From: Anaeramoeba ignava BMAN
Lineage: Eukaryota > Protista > Anaeramoebae
NCBI GenBank assembly: GCA_028826165.1
Contig: JAPDFW010000054.1
Span: 605,526 to 669,525 of the forward strand
Direction: 5' to 3'
DNA: 64,000 nucleotides
Shown here: positions 37,078 through 49,997 of the stretch, piece after piece
Numbering within the stretch: position 1 is the stretch's first letter
Layout of the letters: every line of letters starts with the position of its first letter
Notes under the pieces: model-generated
Database searches by the model: none
What the model saw: only the letters and a program-made list of their open reading frames with translations
What the model was told of the DNA's origin: nothing
Program-made: the position numbers and the translations under genes

Positions 37078-40028
37078 TCAAGCAAAAATTTGGATTAAAG
37101 AATCAGCAGCGCCAGTAGCAATCATAGGAACTATAGGATGAAATTCAACGCAATGAACACCTTCATCATTTTTTCTTCTTGAAGTAAAGAAATCCTGAAC
37201 AAAAGTTCTAGTTCTAATATCCCAAATACGAAGATGACAATCATGAGAACTAGTTGCAAAATAAAGACCTGAAGGATCAATAGAAACACCAGTAATAGCA
37301 TCCAAATGTCCTGTTATCGTTCCAATTCCGTTTTTTGCTCGAAAATCATACATGTTAATTTTCCTATCTTCTGTTCCTGCAATTACTAATGGAATAACTG
37401 AATGTGTTGTGAGTGTGTTGATTTGTCTCGCTAAGTTAATTTTTGGTAAGTTTCCTCTGTTTTTATTTCCTATTTCTGTTATTTCGTCTCCGTATTCTTT
37501 GGAGGAATATCCACAAATTCTTTCTCCTGTTTCAACATCAAAAAATACTAATGAGGATGAATTATATCCAGCAACAATTTTGTTAGGATCTAGTTTAGAA
37601 AATGTGACTGTTGTTGGAACATGATTATCTATAAATGTAAAATAAGAATATTTGATTTAAATATTTATTTCCAATTTTAAATAATTGATTTTAAATATTT
37701 GATTTAAAATATTTAATTTTAAATAATTGATTTAAAATAATTGATTTTAAATATTTGATTTTAAATATTTGAGTTTTAAATAATTGATTTTAAATAATTA
37801 ATTTTAAATATTTGATTTAAAATATTCAATTTTAAATAATTGATTTTAAATATTTAATTTTAAATATTTGATTTTAAATAATTGATTTTAAATAATTGAT
37901 TTTAAATATTTAATTTTAATATTTGATTTTAAATAATTGATTTTAAATATTTGATTTTAAAAAATCTGAAAACTTACCCAAATTTTCAATATTGGGAAAC
38001 AAATAATCCCTAATAAAAGGAGACATTTTTTCCATATCCCAAAACTTAATTGTTCCATCAGCAGAAGAAGATATTATACAACTTTTTTCTGGATGAATTG
38101 AAAGATCCCAAATAGCATCTGCATGCCCAATATAGGCATCAAGTTTACTTTGAATGGGATTTTCTAAATGTTTATTTGTTTAAAAAAAAATTTTAAATTT
38201 AATTTTTTAAAAATGAATTTAATTCTTGGAAAACAACAAAGTACCAAATGCGGAAATTTCATTGTTATCTTCCATTCCAGGAAATTCCCATAAACGTACA
38301 ATAGCATCACCACCTGCACTAATACATATTCCTTTTGCACTATCGAGAATAACCTTAAATTTTAAAATCATTTAATAAATGATTTTTTTTTGATAAAAAT
38401 AATAATTTCTTCCTTATTCATACTTTATAAATTGGTGCTGTATGACCTCGAAAAGTATAAATAGGTTCGATTTTCTTTTGAGGCTTTTCCGCATTTGTAG
38501 AATTATTTAATGAAATATAATGAGACATTTTTTTATTAAATGCCCATAATTTCAAAGTGCAATCTTCACTTCCAGTTAATAAAATATCTTCAGTTGAATG
38601 CCAAGAAACAGAACGAACACTATCCAAATGATTTGTGAGTGTGACTGCTTTTTTGAAATTGATAATTCCTTTTTTTGTTGTGGAATTAAGTGCTTCATTA
38701 TCAAAAGTAGAAACTCTTTTGATATAAATTTTGATATAAATTTTGATATAAATTTTAATATAAATATTAATATAAATTTTGATATAAATATTAATATAAA
38801 TATTAATATAAATATTAATATAAATTTTAATATAAATTTTAATATAAATATTGATATAAATTTTGATATAATTATTAATATAAATTTTAATATAAATATT
38901 AATATAAATTTTGATATAAATATTAATATAAATATTAATATAAATTTTGATATAAATTTTAATATAAATTTTAATATAAATATTAATATAAATTTTGATA
39001 TAAATATTGATATAAATATTAATATAAATATTAATATAAATGAATATCTTTTCGATCAAAGTAAATTACTTATTTTGACTTAATTTCATAGAATCAATAA
39101 CTTTTTGAAATTGATTTGATTTAAATGAAATTTTATTTGATGGTGATTCATTGTAAATAATTTTTTCTGATGAGAAATTGAAAAATTTATCAATTTCTAA
39201 TTCGGAAATATTGAGAATTTGTTGTAAATCTTTTTGTAATGTTTGAAGATCTTGTTCTGTAAGTTTTTTTGAATCTTGAATTTCTTCTTTTTTGTTTAAT
39301 TTTAATTTTTCTTTTTCTTTTTCTTGTTTATTAATTTCTTGTTTTTTAATTCCCAACTGATTATAAGAACTTGAAATTAAAATTAAAATTAAAATTGAAA
39401 TTAAAATTAAAATTGAAATTAAAATTAAAATTAAAATTGAAATTAAAATTGAAATTAAAATTGAAATTAAAATTGAAATTAAAATTGAAATTAAAATTGA
39501 AATTAAAATTGAAATTAAAATTAAATTACTTTTGAAGAAATTCTCTTGCTTTTTTAACTAAAATATGTGAAGAAATGTCTTTTAAAATTTAAAATTTAAA
39601 ATTTTAAATTTTTTTTTAATTGTTTGTTGTTTGTTTTTTTAAAAAATAAAAATTAAAAATACTTTCAAATAAATTTGTAACTGAATTTTGTTTTTCTTCA
39701 GATTCTTTGTTTTGAATGTTTTCATTTAATCTTTTTTGTTTTGTTTTGTTTTAAATTAAATTAAATTAAAATTAAAATTAAATTAAAATTAAATTTAAAA
39801 TTAAATTTACTTTGTTTCTTGAAAGGAAACTTGAAGAAATTTTAATCTTTTTAATAATTTTTTCTTAATTTTTCTTTGTTTTTTTTTTTCATTTTCAAGT
39901 TTTGTAATAATTTCAAACATATCATTTTGCTCTTTTTCCCATTGATTTTTTGCTTTTTCAAATTGAGTAAGTTTAATTTGAAATTCATCAAATAAAGAAA
40001 ATAATTGATTTGAATCCAAAAAAGACAT
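37078..40028 (-). CDS. STRN: Striatin (PP2A B''' / STRIPAK scaffold); 8 exons
   Basis: N-terminal coiled coil [19 protein letters not shown]; WD40 repeats [19 protein letters not shown] and EPIYTFRGH; 7 GT-AG introns. Confidence 0.88.
38720..39040. repeat. Intronic 12-mer array (TATAAATWTTRA)n
   Basis: Fills striatin intron 39069-38716. Confidence 0.9.
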
Positions 40029-40105
40029 TAAAAAAAAAAAATGAAAAAAATTTTTTGATTTTTTTTTTTTCATTTTTCATTTTTTTTTTTGTATTATTTC
40101 AAAAA

Positions 40106-43100
40106 ATGTCATCTGTTTCAACTACTTCAACTTCAGATAGCGAAGTTGAAATGACTTCACGAGAACTTTCAGCAAGAAAACTACTTCAATTTGAAAAAGA
40201 TTATCTTAGTCAACTTGATGCTTTTCTTAAATTTGTTTATGAAGGTCTTTCTGAAAGTTCTAGATCAGGTGATCCTATCATTTCAAAACAAAATCTTCAA
40301 ACAATTTTTCATAATATTTCTGAAATTTATCAAAGTACAACAAGTTTTTTAAGAAATTATGAATTTCGTTTATTAACTTGGTATTTTTTTTATTTAAAGC
40401 AAAAAAAAATTTTTTTTTAATTTTTAATTTAAAAATTTTTTTTTTTTAATTTTGATTTTATTTAAATTAATTAGGATGAATGATTCTGAAATTGGTGATT
40501 TATTAGTACAAATTGTAATTATGGGAATTATTTTCTATTATTTTTATTATTACTAAAATGATCATTTAACATTTATTTAACATTTATTTAACATTTATTT
40601 AACATTTATTTAACAATTTTAATTATAAAATGAATTTTAATTTTATAAATTAATTTGAATTTAATTTTAATTATAAAATGAATTTTAATTTTATAAATGA
40701 ATTTTATTTTAATTTTAATTTTATAAATGAATTTTATTTTAATTTTAATTATATAAATGAATTTTATTTTAATTTTAATTTTATAAATGAATTTTATAAA
40801 TGAATTTTAATTTTAGAATCCAATTCTTGAACAATATATCAGTTATGTTAAGAATTATCATTTTGCTCTTAAAACTCTTGAAGAATGTGAATCGAATAAA
40901 CATTTTGTAAAATATTGTGAAGAAATGAAAGCTTCACCAGCATGCAATGGAACTCCTTTTAGAACTTATCTTGAAATGCCATTAAAACATCCAATTCTTT
41001 ATAACAAATTTATTCAAGTAAAAAAAAAAAGTTAAACTAAATGTCATGTAATAATATTTTTTTTTTCATCATTTTTAAAAGGATATTTATAAATATACAG
41101 AACCAAATCATCCAGACAGAGAAGCAATTTCAAATTTTCTCAAAAATCTTGATGTAAAATTAAAAAAAATAAAATCAATTATTCAAAAAGACAAAGAAGC
41201 GGAAAAAGAAAAAGAAAAAGATAAAGAAAAAGATAAAGTTAAAGATTCAAGTCAAAAAACACAAAAAGAAACAAGTCGTGTTGAAGAAGATTCAATTCCA
41301 AAACTTCTACTTCGATTTTCAGGAAAATTACCTGTATAAATAAAAATTGAAATAAAAAATAAATATTAAAATATTAAAATTGAAAAAAAAAATTAGAAAA
41401 TTGACAAACCAGGAAGAAAATTTATATCAGAATATAATGTGATGAAAGCTAGTAGGAAAAAGAATCAAAAAAGGGTTTTATTTTTATTTAATGATATTTT
41501 ATTAGTCGCAGGACCACATAAAGTATTGAAAAGAAAATTAACACTTCACAGATTATTATCATTAGAGGCAACAAAGATTGTTGATATTTCAGATTCAAAA
41601 ATTGTCAAAAATGCAGTTGGATTAAAAGGTCCTGGAAAAAGCTTTACTTTATTTGCTGATTCGCCTGAAAATAAAAAGAAAATTTATTCTTCAATTTTTG
41701 AACAAATTCATATCACAATGAAGGAAAAAGGAATTGATCCTTCAAAAGTTTCTGAAGCTCCGATTTGGAAACAAGATAAAGAAGTTAAGCTTTGTATGAT
41801 TTGTGGTACAAAATTCACTTTAACAAAAAGAAGAGTAAATTAATTTTTGAATCATTTAATTTTAAAAAGATTAATAATACAAAAAAAAAACCAATTTTTC
41901 TTATAAAAAAAATTAGCATCATTGTAGGAATTGTGGGAATATTATTTGTAATTCATGTAGTTCAAAAAAAATGAGATTACCACATATTTCGCAAACTTTA
42001 CAACGAGTTTGTGATTATTGTTATAATGATTTAAAGTATATTTATCAAAAATATTTATAAAAATTAAATCAATAATAATATATTTATAAACATTAAATTA
42101 ATAATAAAATATTTTTATAAACATTAAATCAATAATAAAAATATTTATAAACATTAAATCAATAATAAAATATATTTATAAAAATGAAATTAATAATAAA
42201 AATATATTTATAAACATTAAATTAATAATAAAAATATATTTATAAACATTAAATCAATAATAAAAATATATTTATAAACATTAAATCAATAATAAATATA
42301 TTTATAAAACATTAAATCAATAATACAAAAATATATTTATAAACGATGAAATCAATAATAAAAATATATTTATAATATATCAATAATAAAAAATATAAAC
42401 ATGAAATCAAAAAATATATTTATAAACATAATTTCTGTCCAATAAAATTAAAAATATATAATTTATAAACATTAAATCAATAATAAAAATATATTTATAA
42501 ACATTAAAAATCAATAATAAAAAACATTAAATAATAAAAAAATATTTATATTTATAAACATTAGAATCAATTAATAAATCAAAAAATATATTTATAAACA
42601 TTAAAAATCAATAATATTTATAATATAAAATAAACATTAAATCAATAAACAATAAAAATATTTAAAACATTAAATCAATCAATAATAAAAATATATTTAT
42701 AAACATTAAATCAATTAATAAAAATATATTTATAAACATTAAATCAATAATAAAAAATATATTTATAAACATTAAATCGTCAATAAAAAAATATATAAAT
42801 TTATAAAAAATTTATTATAAAATATTTATAAAATCAAAAATAAATTTATAAAATGAAATTAATAAAAATATATTTATAAACATTAAAAATAAATAAAAAT
42901 ATTTATAAACATAAAATTAATAAAATCAATAATAAATATATTTATAAACATTAAATCAATAATAAAAATATATTTATAAAAATCAATAATAAAAATAATT
43001 AATTTAAAAATAAAAATATATTTTATAAACATTAAATCAATAAAAATATATTTATAAAAATTAAATAATAATAAAAATAATTTATAAACATTAAAAATAT

Positions 43101-44969
43101 ATTTAAAACAATAAATATATTTTATTAAAAAAAATAATAAACATAAAAAATAATAAAATATATTTAATTCAAACATTAAATCAATAATAAAAATATATTT
43201 ATAAACATTAAATCAATAATAAAAATATATTTATAAAAATCAAAATCTCAATAATAAAAATATATTTATAAAAATTATTTATAAACAATAAATCAATAAT
43301 AAAAATATATTTATAAACATTAAATCAATAATAAAAATATATTTATAAACATTAAATCAATAAAAATATATTTATAAAATGAAATCAAAAATAAAAATAT
43401 ATTTATAAACATTAAAAATAATAAAAATATATTTATAAACATTAAATCAATAATAAAAAATATATATTTATAAAACATTAAAATTAATAATAAAAATATA
43501 TTTATAAACATTAAAATTAATAATAAAAAATATTTATAAACATTAAATTAATAATATATTATAAAAAATTAATAAAAAAATTTAAAAATTAAAAATAAAA
43601 ATATTTATAAACATTAAATCAATAAAAAATAAAAATATATTTATAAAAAATTAAATCAATATATTTATAAAAAAATATATTTATATTTATAAACATTAAA
43701 TCAATTAAATCAATAAAATAATAAAAAAAATATTTATAAACATTAAATCAATAAATAAAAATATTTATAAACATTAAATCAATAATAAAATATTTATAAA
43801 CATTAAAAATCAATAATAAAAAATATTTATAAACATTAAATTAATATTAATAAATAAAAAAATAAAATATTTTTATAAACATTAAATTAATAATAAAAAT
43901 ATTTATTTATAAACATTAAATCTTCTAATAAAAATATATTTATAAACATTAAATCAATAAAAAATATTTATAAACATAAAATTAAATCAATAAAAATATT
44001 TATAAAAAATCAATAATAAAAATTTATATTTATAAACATTAAATCAATAATAAAAATATATTTATAAACATTAAATCAATAAAAATATATTTATAAACAT
44101 TAAAAAATAATAATAAAAATATATTTATAAACATTAAATCAATAATAAAAATAAACATAAAAATATAAATATTTAAACATTAAAAAATAAAAATATATAT
44201 ATAAATCTTCCAATAAAAATATTTATAAACATTAAATAAATAATAATAAAATATTTATAAACATTAAATCAATAATAAAAATATTTATAAACATTAAATC
44301 AATAATAAAAAATATTTATAAACATTAAATCAATAATAAAAATATATTTATAAACATTAAATCAATAATAAATATATTTATAAACATTAAATCAATAATA
44401 AAATATATTTATAAACATTAAATCAATAATAAAAATATATTTATCAAAAAAATAGCGAAAAATCTCTTTTGGCAATAGGAGAAACAAAACAAGAAAAAAC
44501 AGAAACAAAAAAACCAGAACCAGGACCTCTTAAGCAAAATAGATCGAAAAGAAAACTTCCAGCACCACCACCAATAGCAAAACAAAATCAAAAAGAAACA
44601 CAATCAAATCCACAAACAGAAAAAACCAAAAAAAATTCAAAACATTCAAACAACAAAGAATCAAAATCATCTAAAAGTTCTTCACCAAATGAAACATATA
44701 AAAATGAGACTGAAAAAACCAAAAAAAATTCATCTAAATCAAAAACAGAAATTCCAATTCAAAAACAAGAAGAAAAAAAAGAAGAAAAACAAGAAGAAAC
44801 TGATTTGAATAAATTATTAGATTTGATCACATTAGAAGATGAAAGTGATGGAGATGAAACTGAAACAGACACTGATTCTAACTCTTATTATTATTCAAAT
44901 TCAGATTCTGAATCTGAATCTAATGAAAATTCAATAGATACTTTTGATTTATCAACTGATAATCTTTAA
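40106..44969 (+). CDS. FGD/frabin-like DH-PH-FYVE RhoGEF; 7 exons
   Basis: Degenerate DH; [11 protein letters not shown]; FYVE WKQD..RRHHCRNCG..RVCDYC; last intron 42036-44455. Confidence 0.88.
42036..44455 (+). repeat. 2.4-kb intron made of a ~31-nt tandem unit (ATTTATAAACATTAAATCAATAATAAAAAT)
   Basis: GT at 42036 and TAG at 44453-44455; splicing restores the frame. Confidence 0.9.
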
Positions 44970-45205
44970 TGTTCTTTCTTTTTCATTTACAAAAAATATA
45001 TTTTCATACCCTTTTTTAAACTATTTCGGAAACGGATATTAAATCGAATAATTGTGTTTGAGTTATTTTTTTTTTTCGAAATGCAACATTTTGTTTGAAT
45101 TTAATGAAAGATTTTTTTCTCTTTCAAAAAAAAAAAATCAAAAAAATTTTTTTTTCAATTTTTATTTTTCATTTTTTCTTTTTCTTTTTCTTTTCAAATA
45201 AAAAA

Positions 45206-48130
45206 ATGAATCCAAATGTTAATCAAAATAAGACTAATAATGAAAATGAACAAAATTCACAAACTGGTGAGTTTTAATTTTTTATATTTAAATTATTGAA
45301 TAAAATTATTAAATAAAATTATTGAATAAAAAAGAAAATGAAAAACAAATTGTGTCTTGTGATGAAGAATATCTTAGTGTAACAACAAATTTTATGAAGA
45401 GAATTGAACAAGATAAATTAACAGAAAATGTTCCATTTGGTTTTGTTGTTACTCCATTAGCTGAATTAAAGAAAGGATCTAAACTTCCAGTAAAATTTAA
45501 TTTTCAAATTTAAAAAAATCATGTTTTTTAAAATTTTTGATAAAAAAAAAAAAAGAAAGTTCCAGTTGTTCATTTAAAAAACGCACTTATTCCCAGATGT
45601 AAACAATGTCATAGCTATGTAAATCAATACACAAAATTTTTCAATCGAGGGAATTCATGGCAATGCAACATGTGCAAAACAACAAACATAACACATCACA
45701 ATTACTTTTCTGAATTAAATCAACAAGGAAAACGAAAAGATTTTGATGAAAGACCTGAATTGTATAATCCAGTAGTTGAGTTTGTTGCTGGAAAAGAGTA
45801 TTGCCAAAATAATCCTTTATCAACTGGTTATTTTTTCCTTATTAATGTCAGTCAAGATGCTATCCAATCAGGTTTAGTTAATGATGCTGTGAATACAATC
45901 ATTAACATGATTGAAAATAATTTAATTCACGGTCCAAATCAAAAAATTGGAATCGCTACTTTTCATTCTGATCTCCATTTTTATAACTTGAATCCTAAGC
46001 TTTCGGAACCTAGAATGGTTGTTTTACCTGATCTTAATGATATTTTCCCTCCTTCTCTTAGTGACTTTTTTGTTCCTTTGGAAAGTTCTCGTGATTTGAT
46101 TCTTTCTCTTCTGGAAAAAATTCCTTCTTTATTTCAAAATACAAAAGAAAATCAAAATTCTTTAACTTCTGCAATTCAAATTTGTGCAAAAGTTATTGTA
46201 TGTTTTGTGTTATTTATTCATTTTAAAAAAAAAAATATTTCCAAAAACATGAAATGAAATGAAATGAAATGAAAAATTATTTTAAAAAAATATTTCCAAA
46301 AACATGAAATGAGATGAAATGAAAAATTATTCTAAAATATTATTTTTATTATTATTATTAATAGGGAAGTGCAGGCGCAAAATTGATAGTTTTTCAACAT
46401 GGATTACCAACATTAACAAAATTTGCACTAAAAGACCGACTCAATTTACAAAATCCAAATGAAACACAAAGTTTCCACCTTCTTAACCCAACAAAAGAAA
46501 CACCATTTTACCAGAATTTAGCAATAATGTGCACAAGACAACAAATTGCAATTTATTTATTTTTATTTTCACAAAGATATTCAGATGCTTCAACACTTGG
46601 AAATATGGCAAAAAGTTCATCAGGAAAAATATTTTATTACCGAAATTATTCCTCATCAAATATCCAACAAAAAACGCAATTTATTCATGATTTGGAAAAT
46701 ACTCTTTCGATTCAAACAGGTTTGGAAGGTGTTTTGAGAACTAGATTTTCTTCTGGAGTTACTGTTTCTAAATTTTATGCAAATTGTTCAATTTCTTCAA
46801 ATGATTTGCTTCAACTTCCAATAGTAACACCTGAAGATACATTTGCTTTTGAAGTCGTTATAAATCCTGGTCTTTTTACTGATTCAACAATTTATTTACA
46901 ATCAGCTTTATTGTTCGTTTTATTATTTATTTATATTAAAAGAAAAATAATATTCATTTTTATTCATTTTTATATTTGATATTTTGAAGATATACAACAA
47001 GTTCAAGTCAAAGACGTGTTCGTATTATTAATTATTGTGGAAAAATGTCAAATAATTTGAAGGAAGTTCTTGAATCTTATAATTTTGGAACATTAATGAA
47101 TATTTTATTAAGAAGAGGTATAAAAAAAACAATTGAAAATGATGAAAATTAAATTTTTGGATAATTAATTGCTTTTTTTTTTAATAAAAATCTTTTCAGG
47201 TTTGTTTCAATTAAAAGTATTTTCATTGCAAACAATAAGAGATAGATTCACTGATTTTTGTGTTCAAATGATAAAAACATGGAAATTGGTTTCTACTCAA
47301 CAAATTGGTATTCAAACTACTTTTGGGCAAACTGCAACTATTGAACTTCCTGAATCACTTAATTTACTTCCTTTATATACATTTGGATTGATAAAAGTAT
47401 TAAAAATAAAAATATTAAAAATTAAAAATTAAAAACTAAGATTAAAAAAAAAATACAATAGAATCGATTATTTAATACTAATAATAGAGAATTTTTTGAT
47501 GAAATTTCTTCATTAATGATTAAAATGAATGGGAAATCTAATTCTCAAGTTCTTAGTTTTCTTTATCCATATTTTTATCCACTTCATAATCTTCCTTCAG
47601 ATGTAAATCAAAAATTAAAATTAATATTAAAAAAAAATCAAAAACATGAAATTGAAATTAATATTAAAAAAAATCAAAAACATGAAATTAAAATGAATAA
47701 AAAAAAATAGTGTGGAATAATTTCACAAAATGGTTTAACTTTCCCTCAAAGACTTTCCCTTTCTAAATCACATTTAATAAGTGAAGGAATTTTTTTAATT
47801 ACAAATGGAGATGATGCATTTATTTGGATTGGAAATAATGCAAATAAAAAAGAATTAATAAGTTTGATTGGAACAGAAAAAATGAATGAAACAGAATTAC
47901 AACATTTAGAATTAATAAGAAATGATCAAGATGATTATAATAAAAGAGTTTGGAATATTATTGAAGGATTACAACAATTTTTTGGATCAGATTTTCTTAT
48001 TACAATTTTACAAGAAGGAAATTTTTCAGATAGAAATGAATTTAATCAACTTTTTGTTGAAGAGAAGAATCAAATTTATATGAATTATAGTGATTTTTAT
48101 AACAATTTATTAAGAGCAATTCGACTTTAG
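45206..48130 (+). CDS. SEC24: COPII coat subunit Sec24; 8 exons
   Basis: PFGFVVTPL, zinc finger RCKQC..WQCNMC, RPEL..VEFVA, QSALL..QRRVR, LPESLNLLPLY. Confidence 0.92.
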
Positions 48131-48547
48131 ATTTTTTTTTTTTTTAAAAACAAAAAGAAAATTTTCTTTTCAAATTAAAGATTAAAAAAATAAAAGAATT
48201 AAAGAATTAAAGATTAAAATGAATTTTTTTTTTTTGAATTGAAATTAATTCTAGTAAAAAAAGAATTTTATTCGGTTTTTTTTTTTGATTTGTTTTGTTC
48301 GATCATGATAAAAAATTGAAAAAAAAAAGAAATTTGAAGAAAAAAAAAAAGAAAAAGAAAATTTGTTGTTTTTTTTTGTTTAAGAATTAATGAAGAATTT
48401 TTGTTTTTTTTTTTTGAAGTAAGTAGATCGATAATGACAAACTTTTAAATTTAATTGAATTTAATTGAATTAAATTGAATTAATTAATTGTAAATCTATT
48501 TCTTAATTTTGTTTTAAAAAATTGAATTGAAAAAAAAAAAAAAAGAA

Positions 48548-49596
48548 TTAATCATCTTTTTTTTCTTGATTATCATTATCATTTTCATTAGTTTGTGTGG
48601 TTTCTTGATTATTTTGATTAGTATCAGTTTTCTCATCAAGAACTTCAACTTTGTTTTCAGAATCTTGAGTTGTTTCTTCAGTTTCTCTAGGAATAGTTTC
48701 ACCAACTTCTTCTTTTTTTTTACGATAAAGATCCATTAATTTACCAAGATCAACTTTGGGTGCTTTTAAAACTTTGATTTTGTGAATGGCAACGTTTGTT
48801 AAGGGATAAATTCTGCATGAAGTTTTTCTAATTTTCTCTGGAATTGTTTCCGAAATTACTTTTGTCATTAATTCAGGAAGTGAGCATCGTGATTCATTGA
48901 TTAAAATTTCGACTATTTTCTTTCTTAATCTTTTGACAACTGAAGTTTGAATGTATGTTGTTTTTCCAATTTGTTTTTTGTTACGTTGAGAGAATCCAAT
49001 GCAGAAAATTCTAATTGTATAACCTATTTTTATTTAATTTCATGTATTTGGAAATTTTTTATTTTCAAAAATTATTTTTTTTTATTTTCATTTCAAAAAT
49101 TATTTTTTTTATTTTCATTTACCATCAGTTGTTTTAACATTAACGTGGGTTTCAACAAGTGTTCTCCATTTGCGAATTAATGAACAAAGTTTATCTCTTG
49201 TTAATCTCATTCCAAATAAATTTGTTAAACAATTTGATCCTTGAACTTCTTCACATTTGAGTTTGAACATCATATATGATTTAGTTTCTTCTCCATTTAA
49301 ATCACCAAGAGAAACTTCATAAACTCTTCCTTTTAAACTATCAGCAGAATTTTCTAATCAAAAAAAAAAAAGAGAAATGAATAATTTGAATATTTGATTT
49401 TTATTTTTATTTTTATTTTTATTTTTAAAAGATTATTACTTCCTCCAGCTGTTGGATTAACACAAGTTCTGCCAATTGTTCCTCTTTTGAAAAGATTTGG
49501 GCAACGAACATGAAACCATTGTTTTTTTGATAATGTATCGACAACCTTTTTTCTTCCTTTCTTTTTGAATGTTTTCTTACTTTTTCCAATAGCCAT
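48548..49596 (-). CDS. RPS3A: 40S ribosomal protein eS1 (S3a); 3 exons
   Basis: MAIGKSKK..; [13 protein letters not shown]; [15 protein letters not shown]; introns 49439-49354 and 49122-49024. Confidence 0.97.
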
Positions 49597-49997
49597 TATT
49601 TCTCTTTTATATTTTAAATTAATTTAATATTTAAATTAATATTTAATTTAATATTTTTAAATTATTTATTTAATATTTAATTTAATATTTTATTGTGCAA
49701 AATGTGTTTTTTAAAAAATATTTTTTTTTATTATAAAAGAGCAATTTAAATTTAATGAATAAATACAATAATTGATGATAAAAATGAAAAAAAAATAAAA
49801 AAAAAAATTTTTTTTCTTTTTTTTATTTTTTTAATTAAAAAAAAAAAAATTATTATTAATAATTATTTAAAAATTAGTAATAATTATAAAAAATTATTAA
49901 AATAAAAAAACTATTTAAGAAAAAAAAATAAAAGTCTTTTTTTTCATTTTTTCATTTTTCTATTTTTTTTATTCCATTTTTTTTTATTATTTTATAA

